The translations under genes were made by a program, and so were the position numbers. From an uncultured Acidimicrobiales bacterium (GTDB lineage: Bacteria > Actinomycetota > Acidimicrobiia > Acidimicrobiales > VFJN01), in the NCBI GenBank assembly GCA_963759225.1, contig CAVWYL010000036.1, positions 77,786-141,785 of the forward strand: a DNA stretch of 64,000 bases, in the 5' to 3' direction. Shown here piece after piece: positions 47,311 through 56,486 of this stretch (position 1 is the stretch's first letter; every line of letters starts with the position of its first letter). Below the pieces are notes generated by a model. That model searched no databases. It was not told the DNA's origin and saw only the letters and a list, made by a program, of their open reading frames with translations.

Positions 47311-47377
47311 GTGAGCGAGCGGCCCTCCGGGCCGGGTACCGCACTGTGCTGCTGGTTCGCTCGCTTCGCTCGCTCAC
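47311..47377 (-). repeat. Junction repeat copy C, a 67-bp inverted-repeat element (11-bp termini GTGAGCGAGCG / CGCTCGCTCAC)
   Basis: 47311-47321 is the exact reverse complement of 47367-47377. An inner hairpin GGCCC-TCC-GGGCC lies at 47321-47333. The TGA at 47376-47374 is the stop of the DUF4129 gene. Confidence 0.8.
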
Positions 47378-48027
47378 GGCACGCCCACCGGCTCGGCCCG
47401 GCGGCGGGCCTCGTCGGCCAGCGGGACGAAGCGGTCGCGGTCCCCGGGGCCCACGGGCGCGCCGCCGTACCAGGCGGCCTCGAACAGGTCGGTGGCGGCG
47501 GCGAAGGCGGGACCGGCGGCGGGCGCCACCGCCCGGACCTCGGCCGTGAGCTCGCCCGTCGTGCGCCCGACGAGGTCGCCGAGCACGCCCCGGGCCGCGA
47601 GGTCGCCGACGAGCACCCGGTAGCGGGCCCGCAGCGCGTCCCGCCAGCGGCCCTCGGCCTCGGCCCGGGCCACCTCGGCCGGCCAGTCGACCAGGTCCTC
47701 GTCCGCCGACACGACCACCCGTCCCCGGCCCCCGCGCCGGCCCGGCCCGGCGGCGCGCAGCCACGAGTCCCGGGTGCGCCAGATCAGGTAGGCCAGGCCG
47801 CCGAGCAGGGCCCCGAGGATGAGGTAGCCGACCCACACGGGCAGCCCCCCGAACGCCAGGGCGGAGCCGAGCCGGGCCAGCTGGTCGCCGATCCAGTCGT
47901 TGATCCGCTCGATGAGCGTGCGGTCGTCGGCCCACCGGTACTCGGGGCGCGACAGGATCTCGTCGGCGAGCTGCCGGGCCTGGTCCGGATCGTGGGTGGG
48001 CTCCGGCAGGTCGAGGGGCAGCGGCAC
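47374..48027 (-). CDS. DUF4129 domain membrane protein
   Basis: ..QARQLADEILSRPEYRW.. is followed by the TM helix LPVWVGYLILGALLGGLAYLIW and then ..TGELTAEVR..LFEAAWYGG. The gene is intact. Confidence 0.6.
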   Translation of the reverse strand: MPLPLDLPEPTHDPDQARQLADEILSRPEYRWADDRTLIERINDWIGDQLARLGSALAFGGLPVWVGYLILGALLGGLAYLIWRTRDSWLRAAGPGRRGGRGRVVVSADEDLVDWPAEVARAEAEGRWRDALRARYRVLVGDLAARGVLGDLVGRTTGELTAEVRAVAPAAGPAFAAATDLFEAAWYGGAPVGPGDRDRFVPLADEARRRAEPVGVP

Positions 48028-48029
48028 CG

Positions 48030-49039
48030 TCAGCCGGCCCGGTCCAGCACGCGGCCGGCGGCCATCTCGATGTCGAGGCCCTCGGTGCGGACCCGCAGGT
48101 CGAGGTAGAGCAGCACCGTGGCGGCGGCCACGAACGGCAGGACGATCAGCTCGGAGACGATGGACGCCCAGGGCCAGGAGCGGCCAGCCGCTGCTCGAAG
48201 CCGATCCAGCTGGCGAGGAGCTGCGGCAGCGCGCTGAGGGCCAGGCTGAGCAGCTCGCTCACGATCGCCATGACGATCGCGACCCCGAGCGCCGGGAAGT
48301 AGCGGGGCCGGACCAGCCGGACCGAGCGCCCCATGGCCGCCAGCGGGCCCAGGCCCTCGACCGCGATCACGGGCGCCACGACGAGGAACAGCGCCATCAC
48401 GAAGACGATGCCGATGTAGCACCCGAAGGCGCCCGCCCCCTCGGCCAGCTTGACCAGCACGAACGACGCCAGCAGCGGCCAGGCCCGCCGGCCGACGACC
48501 CCGAGCAGCTCGCCCGCCGCCGGGTCGCGGCCCATCATCCACTGGGTGATCAGGTGGGCGAGGGCGGCGGCCACGCACACGAGGGCGCTCGTGGCCAGGA
48601 ACAGCACCGCCAGCATGGCCACCAGCTGCCAGTCGGCGGTGTTCGACTGCTCGTCGAGGATGGTGGGATCGTTCGACAGCATGCTGGAGACGTCGAAGCC
48701 CGAGCTCGCCACGTCGCGCTGCAGGAACGCCGCCAGGAGCTGGGCCGGCACCACGAACACCGCCGTCACGGCCAGGATCCGCTTGGGGCGGGCCTTCAGC
48801 ACCGCGAACCCGCCGTCGAGGATGTCGGCCGTCGTCCGGGGATACAGCGCGACGCGGGGCACGTCGGGGGCGCCGGGCGCCGCGGCCGGCGGACCGTCGG
48901 CCACCACCGAGCCCCAGCCGGACACGGCCGGGGCGTCGACCGGAGCGTCGCGCACCGGCTGGTCGACGGACGAGCCGGGCATGGCCCAGCCCTGCTCCCC
49001 TCCCGCGCGACCGGCCTGTTCCTCCACGGGCGACATCAT
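48030..49039 (-). CDS. Polytopic membrane protein heading the MoxR operon, function unknown; frame break(s) near 48180
   Basis: MMSPVEEQAG..ILDGGFAVLKARPKRILAVTAVFVVPAQLL is followed by several TM helices. The C-terminus ..SIVSELIVLPFVAAATVLLYLDLRVRTEGLDIE is in ORF 48030..49046. Confidence 0.5.
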
Positions 49040-49051
49040 CGCCCATGATGG

Positions 49052-49861
49052 GTGGGGGTGCGGCGCGAGGGGAAGGACGGTGCCGACCACGTGGAGGGCT
49101 ACGAACCGAGCACCTACGGCAACCGCTTCGCCGACGTGTACGACGGCTGGTACGGCGACGTCACCGACGTCGACGCCACCGTGGCCCGGGTCGTGGCCCT
49201 GGCCGGGGCCGAGGGCGGCGCCCGGGGCCCGGTGCTGGAGCTGGGGGCGGGCAGCGGGCGCCTGGCCGTGCCGCTGGCCGGCGCGGGCCTCGACGTGTGG
49301 GCGATCGACGCCTCGCCGGCCATGGTCGAGGCGCTGCGGGCCAAGCCGGGCGGCGACCGGGTGCACACGGTGGTGGGCGACATGGCCGACCTCGACCTCG
49401 GGCCGGGCGCGCCCGGGGCGTTCGCCGTGGTCCTGTGCGCCTTCAACACCCTGTTCAACCTGACCGACACCGACGCCCAGCGCCGCTGCCTGTCCCGCGT
49501 GGCCGAGGTGCTGGCGCCCGGGGGGCGGCTGCTCGTCGAGGCGTTCGTCCCCCCGCCCGCCGGCGACGCGGGCGGGCCGTCCAGCGCGGTCGAGGCCCGC
49601 CACATCGGGCTCGACGAGGTCGTGCTCAGCGTCAGCCGGATCGACCCGGCGGCGCGCACCCTCACCGGGCAGCACGTCCAGATCCGCGAGGACGGCATCC
49701 GCCTGCGGCCGTGGGTCCTGCACTACGCCGGTCCCGACGAGCTCGACGCGCTGGCCGCCGCCGCCGGGCTGCGCCGGGTGGAGCGCCACGCTGGGTGGCA
49801 GGGCGAGCCATTCACGTCCTCGTCGGACGTCCACGTCACCGGCTATGCCCGCCAGGAATGA
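49052..49861 (+). CDS. Class I SAM-dependent methyltransferase
   Basis: ..VLELGAGSGRLAVPLAGAGLDVWAIDASPAMV (motif I)..VLCAFNTLFNL..LAPGGRLLVE. The gene is intact. Confidence 0.8.
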   Translation: MGVRREGKDGADHVEGYEPSTYGNRFADVYDGWYGDVTDVDATVARVVALAGAEGGARGPVLELGAGSGRLAVPLAGAGLDVWAIDASPAMVEALRAKPGGDRVHTVVGDMADLDLGPGAPGAFAVVLCAFNTLFNLTDTDAQRRCLSRVAEVLAPGGRLLVEAFVPPPAGDAGGPSSAVEARHIGLDEVVLSVSRIDPAARTLTGQHVQIREDGIRLRPWVLHYAGPDELDALAAAAGLRRVERHAGWQGEPFTSSSDVHVTGYARQE

Positions 49862-49954
49862 AGAACGCGTGAAGAACACGCTCCGTGCCCCGACGCCGAA
49901 GCGGTACGTTGACGCGGTGTCCATGACCGTGGCTATGCGCCGCCCCCCGCCCCC

Positions 49955-50935
49955 GTGTCCATGAGCCAGCTTCGCCTCAACCCGCTCACCGGTCGGTGGG
50001 TTGCGGTCGCCGCCGGCCGGGAGAACCGCCCGGGTGATCTGGTCTCCCGCCAGCTCCCCGTCGAGGCCGACCCGAACCGCCCCTGCCCGTTCTGCCCGGG
50101 CAACGAGGAGGCGACCCCGCCCGCCCTCGAGACCTACGACAAGCACGGCGAGTGGGTCGTGCGGGTCGTCCCCAACCGCTTCCCCGCGTTCGACGGCGAC
50201 GAGCCGCTGCGGGTCCAGAACATGGGCCCGGTCTTCACCCAGGCCGTGGCCAGCGGCATCCACGAGGTGCTCGTGTTCTCACCCGAGCACACGGCCGGCT
50301 GGGCCGACCTCGACGACGCCCAGGCCGCCGTGACGATGGCCGCCATCCGCGACCGGATGGAGGACCACGCCCGCCGGCCCACGATCCGCTACACGCAGGT
50401 CATCGTGAACCACGGCCGCGAGGCCGGCGCCAGCCTGGAGCACCCGCACGGGCAGCTGCTCGGCACCCCGTTCGTCCCCGGCGAGATCGCCGAGGAGGAG
50501 GCCGGGTTCCGGCGGTTCGAGGGCTCGTGCCTGCTCTGCACCACGCTGGAGGCCGAGGAGGCCGCCGGTCACCGCATGGTCTACGCCGACGACCGGGTCG
50601 TGGTCGTGTGCCCCTTCTGGTCGGGCACGCCCTACGAGATGCTGGTGCTGCCCCGGGCCCACGCCGTGCACGTCACGGACGCGTCGCCCGCCGACGTGGT
50701 CGCGATCGGGCGCTCGCTGCGCATCGCGCTGGCCAAGCTTCGGGGCGCGCTCGGGTCGGTGGCCTACAACCTGGTGTTCCACACGGCGCCGCACCGCCAC
50801 GCCGGCCCGTTCCACTGGCACGTCCACGTGCTGCCCCGGGTCACGAGCGTCGCCGGGTTCGAGCAGGGCACCGGCGTCATGATCGACATCGTGGCCCCCG
50901 AGCTGGCGGCCAAGCACCTCAACGTCGTCGGCTGA
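49955..50935 (+). CDS. galT: Galactose-1-phosphate uridylyltransferase-type HIT-family nucleotidyltransferase
   Basis: ..RLNPLTGRWVAVAAGRENRP..CPFCPGNE..VRVVPNRFPA..NHGREAGASLEHPHGQLL (HxHxQ). The gene is intact. The start is GTG 49955 or ATG 49961. Confidence 0.8.
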   Translation: MSMSQLRLNPLTGRWVAVAAGRENRPGDLVSRQLPVEADPNRPCPFCPGNEEATPPALETYDKHGEWVVRVVPNRFPAFDGDEPLRVQNMGPVFTQAVASGIHEVLVFSPEHTAGWADLDDAQAAVTMAAIRDRMEDHARRPTIRYTQVIVNHGREAGASLEHPHGQLLGTPFVPGEIAEEEAGFRRFEGSCLLCTTLEAEEAAGHRMVYADDRVVVVCPFWSGTPYEMLVLPRAHAVHVTDASPADVVAIGRSLRIALAKLRGALGSVAYNLVFHTAPHRHAGPFHWHVHVLPRVTSVAGFEQGTGVMIDIVAPELAAKHLNVVG

Positions 50936-50961
50936 GGTTGCGCTCTGGCAGCCGCTGCCGT

Positions 50962-51795
50962 TCACTTCTCCCGGACCGCCAGGTCGTAGGCCCGGCGGCG
51001 GGGGACGTCGAGGCGGGCGGCCACCGTGCGGGCCGCGTCGCGGGCGGTGGCGCCCGCGGCCAGCTCGGCCCGCAGCGCGGCGACCACGTCGTCGTCCCCC
51101 GGCGGGGCGGCGGCCGGGGCGCCGTCGAGCACGATCACCATCTCGCCGGGGGGTTGGCGCTCGGCGGCCCAGGCGGCGGCGCCGTCGAGCGTGCCCCGCC
51201 ACACCTCCTCGTGCAGCTTGGTGATCTCGCGGGCGACCGCCACCCGGCGGTCCCCGCCGCACGCGGCGGCCAGGTCGGCCAGCGTGCGGGCCAGGCGGTG
51301 GGGCGCCTCGTAGACCACGGCGGTGCGGGGCTCGGCGGCCACGGCCGCCAGGCGCTCGCCGCGGCCCGCGCCCTTGCGGGGCAGGAAGCCCTCGAACACG
51401 AACCGGCCGGCGGGCAGGCCGCTCACGACGAGGGCCGCCAGCGACGCCGAGGGGCCGGGGACGACCTCGACGGGGTGCCCGGCCGCGACGGCCGCCGCCA
51501 CCAGCCGCTCGCCGGGGTCGGAGATGCCGGGCATGCCGGCGTCGGACACGAGCACGACCCGCTCGCCCCGGGCCAGGCGGTCCAGGACCCGCGGGATCTC
51601 GCGGTCCTCGGTGTGCTCGTTGACGACCACGAAGGGCCGGCGGTCGATCCCGGCCAGGGTCAGCAGCTTGCCGGTGCGGCGGGTGTCCTCGCAGCACACG
51701 GCGTCGGCCGAGCCGATGGCCTCGGCGGCCCGGGGGCTGAGGTCGCCGAGGTTGCCGATGGGCGTGCCCACCAGCACCAGCGCCCCGCCACTCAC
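50962..51795 (-). CDS. rsmI: 16S rRNA (cytidine1402-2'-O)-methyltransferase
   Basis: ..LVLVGTPIGNLGDLSPRAAEAIGSADAVCCEDTRRTGKLL..VLVSDAGMPGISDPG..VPGPSA..FEGFLPRK..YEAPHR. The gene is intact. Confidence 0.9.
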   Translation of the reverse strand: MSGGALVLVGTPIGNLGDLSPRAAEAIGSADAVCCEDTRRTGKLLTLAGIDRRPFVVVNEHTEDREIPRVLDRLARGERVVLVSDAGMPGISDPGERLVAAAVAAGHPVEVVPGPSASLAALVVSGLPAGRFVFEGFLPRKGAGRGERLAAVAAEPRTAVVYEAPHRLARTLADLAAACGGDRRVAVAREITKLHEEVWRGTLDGAAAWAAERQPPGEMVIVLDGAPAAAPPGDDDVVAALRAELAAGATARDAARTVAARLDVPRRRAYDLAVREK

Positions 51796-51799
51796 GCTC

Positions 51800-52159
51800 T
51801 CACCCCTTCACCTCGAGCTGGTCGCCCTCGTGCAGGTTCCAGCGGGCGAACGCGCCCGCCTCCGCCTCGATCACGGACCGGGCCCGCCACACCGGGCGGG
51901 ACACGCGGTGGCGGCGCAGGGTCACGATGCGGAGGACCCGCAGGTCGGCGTCGCAGAACGCGACGTCGATCGGGAACCGCATCCCCACGGTGTGGACGCT
52001 GCGGGTGGGCGCCAGCAGCATCGCCCCCTCGATGCCGTCGCGGCCGAGCAGGCCCCGGGCGCGGGCGCGGCGGCCCTCGGCGGTCTCCAGGCTCGCCAGC
52101 ACCTCGCCGTCTCTCAGCAACCAGGCCACGGAGCACAATGATGCCGAGCCGGGCGCCAT
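51800..52159 (-). CDS. DUF192 domain protein
   Basis: ..ARGLLGRDGIEGAMLLAPTRSVHTVGMRFPIDVAFCDADLRVL. Confidence 0.7.
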   Translation of the reverse strand: MAPGSASLCSVAWLLRDGEVLASLETAEGRRARARGLLGRDGIEGAMLLAPTRSVHTVGMRFPIDVAFCDADLRVLRIVTLRRHRVSRPVWRARSVIEAEAGAFARWNLHEGDQLEVKG

Positions 52160-52188
52160 GTGCGGCACACCCGGTCGCCGTCCGGCGT

Positions 52189-52557
52189 TCAGATGGCCTG
52201 TTCGGCGTCGTAGGCGGCGACGACCCGCTTGGGCGCCCGGCGGCGCCACGCCTCCTCCAGCAGCTCGCGCACCTCGTCCGTCGCGGCGGCCGGCAGGTTG
52301 ACCTGGACCCAGTTCCGTATCGGCCGCTTGCCCCAGATGATCTCGGTGAACGCCGCGGGGTTCCCCTCCACGAGGGCGTGCCACTCGTCGGGGTCGACCG
52401 GGATGCGCAACTGCTCCCCGCCGGGCGGGATGGTGGCGAAGATCTTGCCCCGCACCCGCCACGACGACAGGTCGAAGTGGGGTTCCTCGTTCGCCTCGGG
52501 CAGGCCCAGGGCAAACCGCCTCGCCGTGTCCAGGTCCACCGCGGGAGCGTACGTCAC
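52189..52557 (-). CDS. MmcQ/YjbR-family protein
   Basis: ..ARRFALGLPEANEEPHFDLSSWRVRGKIFATI.. It is 122 aa. Confidence 0.7.
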   Translation of the reverse strand: MTYAPAVDLDTARRFALGLPEANEEPHFDLSSWRVRGKIFATIPPGGEQLRIPVDPDEWHALVEGNPAAFTEIIWGKRPIRNWVQVNLPAAATDEVRELLEEAWRRRAPKRVVAAYDAEQAI

Positions 52558-52573
52558 ACGTCGAAGCGACCGC

Positions 52574-52607
52574 TTGACGCTTAACTCTATATAGCTAGAG
52601 TTAGGGC
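52574..52607 (+). promoter_or_regulatory. Promoter plus operator of the PadR operon: -35 TTGACG, an inverted repeat TAACTCTA-N6-TAGAGTTA, and -10 TAGAGT; the transcript is predicted to be leaderless
   Basis: TTGACG lies at 52574-52579, followed by a 16-nt spacer, then TAGAGT at 52596-52601. The ATG at 52608 lies 7 nt after the -10 with no RBS. The 8-bp arms (52582-52589 and 52596-52603) overlap the -10. Confidence 0.5.
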
Positions 52608-52934
52608 ATGGCTCGGAAGCGGAGGCTGTCGGACCAGGCAGCGGCGGTGGTGGTGGCCCTCGGAGAGTCGCCGGCCGAGTGGCGCTACGGCTACGACCTC
52701 TGCCAGCAGCTGGCGATCAAGGCGGGGTCGATGTACCCGATCCTGATGCGGCTGGCCGACCGTGGGCTCCTGGAGACGACGTGGGAGAGCGACGCTCCCT
52801 CGGGGCGGCCGCCACGGCACCTCTACCGGCTGACCGGGCCGGGACGGGCGCTGGCCACCGAGCTGGCGGCCGACGTCGGGCCGGCGGGAGCGGAGCGGGG
52901 CCTGCGGCCGCGGCTGTCCTGGGAGGGCACGTGA
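52608..52934 (+). CDS. PadR-family transcriptional regulator
   Basis: ..WRYGYDLCQQLAIKAGSMYPILMRLADRGLLETTWE...GRPPRHLYRLTGPG is the PadR winged helix. Confidence 0.85.
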   Translation: MARKRRLSDQAAAVVVALGESPAEWRYGYDLCQQLAIKAGSMYPILMRLADRGLLETTWESDAPSGRPPRHLYRLTGPGRALATELAADVGPAGAERGLRPRLSWEGT

Positions 52935-54102
52935 ACGCGAGGGCACTCGTCCGCACGGCCGTCCTCTACGGGTCGGCCGTCGTGGTGACCGCGCTCCTCC
53001 AGGCCGGCTTCATCCTCGCGGGCAGCGGCCTGTCCGAGGACCGGCCCCACGTCCAGTGGTCCGAGTTCGTCGTGGCGTCGATGGTGCTCGCCACACCCGT
53101 GGTTCCTGACGGCCTGGCTGCTGTGGTCGGCGTGGCTGGCCGAGGCGCCCGCCTCGACGACGACGCCGGACTCCCCCGCCCGGCTGCTGGCCGCGGCGAT
53201 CGCCACGCTGCCCGAGGACCGTCGCGACTGGGGCGCGGCGATGACCGCCGAGCTCGCCCAGGTGCCGACCCGCCCGGGCCGGTGGCGCTTCGCGCTGGGC
53301 TGCGCCCGGGCGGCGATCTTCCCGCCGCGCAGCAACCGCGGGCCGGTGGTCGCGGCCGCGGTGCTCGGCGCCGCCGGGGTCGGCGTGGCCGGGCTCGCAC
53401 TGGGCGAGGTCGTCCCCCCGATGCGGGTCTTCGCCATGACCTTCGTCGGGCTCATCGGCGCCGCCGCCGCCGTGACCCTGGCCCGCGCGCGCCCGCTGTC
53501 CCGGCGCACGTCCGGCCCGCTCGTCATGACCGCCGGCATCGCCGGCGTCGCCTCGTGCATCGCGGCCACGTGGTCCTACGTCGACCGCCATCCGGCGGCG
53601 GCCCTCTACCTGCACCCCGGAGACGCGATCCTCCTCGCCGCCATCCTGGTCGGCGCGCTGTGGCTCGTCGTGGCCCCGCCCCGCGCTGACCGGCGACCCG
53701 CTGGGGCGCCGCATCGCCGTCGGCGTGACGCTGCTGCTCGCCCTCGGCCTGCTGGTGACGTCGCGGTTCGACCCGCGCGGCCACGACGACGGGATCTTCG
53801 GCTACCTGTTCCTGATGCCGCTGGTGGCGATCTGCGCGACCGCGCTGGTGCTCGCGGCCGTGCGACGATCGGCCTGGGCCGGCGTCCGGGCCGCGGTGTG
53901 GACCGCGCTGCTCGTGTCGCTCGCCTTCTACGCGATCTCGGTGTCCGAGGCGGCGCGGATCTACGCCGGCGACGGGAACCCGGTCCACATCCTCGGCGGG
54001 ACCATCCGGGAGCTCACCGTCCTCCTGGTCCTGTTCCCGTCCCTGTGGCTGCCGTTCGGATGCGCCGCCGCCGGCGTCGGCTACACGATGAAGCGGAGCT
54101 GA
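52931..54102 (+). CDS. PadR-associated polytopic membrane protein; two frame breaks
   Basis: GTG 52931 overlaps the PadR stop (GTGA). ..LLAAAIATLPEDRRDWGAAMTAELAQVP is a motif common in PadR-linked membrane partners (from memory). It has at least six TM helices. The breaks lie near 53100 and 53690. Confidence 0.5.
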
Positions 54103-54169
54103 GGTCGCAGGTTCGAAGGCGGCCGCAAGGCCGGCAGTGAGGTGCTCAGGTTCGACCAGGACGATCGAG

Positions 54170-55634
54170 TCATATCCCGGTGCGTGCCTCGACCCTTCCG
54201 GCATCGGCGGCGGCTGCGAGCGCGGCGTGGTCGCGTTCGTTCTGGTCGGCGTAGGTCTCCGCGAAGTCGGCCAGTGCGTTGTCGAATTTGGCCGAGTTGC
54301 CGAGGTATGCCGCGATCGCGATGCGATCGCCGGAACGGGCGTGGGCGTGGGCGAGCGTCCAGCCACAGAGCCTGGCGTACGCCCCCATTCTCCGGGGGCT
54401 CAGGTTTTCGATGTCGGCCGACATCTTCCAGTCCCGGAGCTGGCGCACGTAGTAGTCCTGGTCCTGGCCGACTCTGGGCCGGGCGCGCATCCAGCCCAGG
54501 AAGATGTCGCTCGATTCCTGCATGAGGCGCTGACCGGTGACCACGCGCTTACCGTGGCTGGCGTAGACCGACTTGCCCGCGTAGGCGGCGAGGACCGACC
54601 GCTCGGCCTGCTTGGCCTGCAGGAGCAGGGGATCGGCGTCGCCGGCCTCGAGTAGGAGAATCCACGCCCGGAGGCCGACACTGCCCACTCCCACCACCTT
54701 GTGGGCGACGTCGGCCAGGGCGAAGTGATCGAGCAGGTGCCGCCGGTTGTATTGCAGCGTGCCGCGATAGGTCGCGACCAGGTCGTCGATCCGCCCGAGC
54801 AGCCCGTCCTGGTCGAACTCGCTCAGCTCGTCGATCGGGACGATCAACGGCGGATCGCTGATGATCCGCCGCGCGCCGTTCACGGTGGTCAGCTTGTCGA
54901 CCGCCTCCAGGCTGTCGCGGGTGTGGGCCTTCGCGACCCAACGCTGGGTCGCCTTGAGGCCGGCCTTGTCCTTCTTGCGCTTCCGAGCGCTGAGCACGGA
55001 CCTGAACTCCGTGACGGCGTCTTCGACGTCGAGGTGCGCATACCAGACCGCGAGGATCGTCTGGCTGGCGAAGGCACGCATCGCCTCGCGGTAACTCGCC
55101 ACGGCCACCAGGCTCGTCTTCCGGCATTGCTTCGTGGTGAACCCGTTGTCCCGTCCCGCCACCACGAGGCTCGCAACCAACCGCTTGACATCCCACTCGA
55201 ACGGGCCAGGCAGCGTCTCGTCGAAGTCGTTGACGTCGAAGACCAGGCGACGCTCGGGGGAGGCGTACGCACCGAAGTTGGACACATGCGCATCGCCGCA
55301 AAGCTGGGCTCTCAGGCCCGGCGTCGGGGTCGTGTCGAGGTCGGCGGCCATCACCACTGCCGCGCCTCGGTAGAACGCGAACGGCGACACCAACATCCGC
55401 CCGTAACGGATCGGCACCAGCTCGGGGACGCGGGTCTTCGCCTGGTCCGATCAACAACCCCACCGGGTCGCGTGACGCCGCCGGCTCGAAGTCGGCATGC
55501 GCCTCCAGCGGCGCCTTCGCACGCGCCGCCTTCCCCGACGCCGCCCGCTCCTCGGGGCTCGGACGCTCGACCCCCACATCGCGTCGATCCGATGCCGATG
55601 CGGCCTCCGCCGTTCGCTTGGTCGACTGGGCCAC
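54170..55634 (-). CDS. DUF2252 domain protein; one frame break near 55440
   Basis: ..PIRYGRMLVSPFAFYRGAAVVMAADL..QLCGDAHVSNFG..VFDVNDFDET..DYYVRQLRDWK. The N-terminal 65 aa are in ORF 54549..55634. Confidence 0.75.
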
Positions 55635-55750
55635 GATGGCGCACCTCGAGACCGGTTCCCACGGGAGCCCTCACCCTCCAGTCAACCACCACCCACCCTG
55701 GCGGGCCAGGAGATCTGGCAGCTACAGAACTGTCAGGCCACTATGCGCAA

Positions 55751-56368
55751 GTGCCCCGATCGCTCAGCTCTACGCGAATGGAGGCGTTCAGTGACGGTGT
55801 GTTCTCGATCGCGGCGACACTGCTGGTACTCGACATTGCGCTTGATCCGCCGGGAACGCCGCTGGAGCAAGTGCTCCATGCGTGGCCTGCCTATCTCGGC
55901 TACGTCGTCAGCTTCCTGACGATCGGTGCGGCATGGCTCGGACACAGCGCGATGACCGACCGCCTGGCACACGCAGACTCACTACTCCTTCGCATCAACT
56001 TGCTCCTGCTACTCGTCATCGCGTTCCTTCCATTCCCGACGAGCCTCGTCGCCGACGGAATCGCCGAGGACACCAACGGCGAGCGCGTGTTCGTCACGTT
56101 GTACGGCGTGACGCTGCTCACCATCCGCCTCCTCGGGTACGCCCTCGACGCATACGCCCGACGCGAGCACCTCTACTCGCACGAACAAGCCGACGACCAG
56201 CTGCAGACCGACCGCCGAACGCTGGTGCCCGTTGTCATCAGCTACGTCGGAGCGATCCTTGTCGGGCTCGCCCTACCAACACTCGCAGTCGTCTTGTACT
56301 TCGCCCTCGCCGTGTTCGTCGTGGTGCCGTTTGGCGAAGTTCGGCGGCTCATGTTCAAGCGCTCATGA
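55751..56368 (+). CDS. TMEM175-family (DUF1211) potassium channel
   Basis: ..RMEAFSDGVFSIAATLLVLDI..GYVVSFLTIGAAWLGH..INLLLLLVIAFLPFPT. The start is GTG 55751 or ATG 55778. GC is about 60%. Confidence 0.75.
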   Translation: MPRSLSSTRMEAFSDGVFSIAATLLVLDIALDPPGTPLEQVLHAWPAYLGYVVSFLTIGAAWLGHSAMTDRLAHADSLLLRINLLLLLVIAFLPFPTSLVADGIAEDTNGERVFVTLYGVTLLTIRLLGYALDAYARREHLYSHEQADDQLQTDRRTLVPVVISYVGAILVGLALPTLAVVLYFALAVFVVVPFGEVRRLMFKRS

Positions 56369-56375
56369 CGGCCGA

Positions 56376-56412
56376 TCTCGCGCGCTCTCCGAACGCCACG
56401 GAACGCGCGAGA
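56376..56412. terminator. Hairpin between the convergent TMEM175 and ychF genes
   Basis: TCTCGCGCG (56376-56384) pairs perfectly with CGCGCGAGA (56404-56412). An inner 4-bp stem is TCCG/CGGA. There is no U-tract. Confidence 0.4.
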
Positions 56413-56486
56413 CGGTGGGTACCGATGGGGGCGCGGCCGACCCGCTGTGCGAGGAACGCCAGGTCAGACGGCACGCGGGCGCCCCG

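Noticed and set aside
47282-47377. The 31-codon ORF (VSERSERTSSTVRYPARRAARSLRAPRRVHR) as a genuine small protein.
   Set aside because: It is not excluded, but it is Arg-rich and encoded entirely by an inverted-repeat element. An RNA- or DNA-level function is the simpler reading, so I report it under findings rather than as a CDS.
54103-54160. Two GGTTCGA strings look like tRNA T-loops.
   Set aside because: The flanking bases do not form a T-stem, and no acceptor, D or anticodon arms can be drawn. They form a 9-nt direct repeat (CAGGTTCGA) instead.
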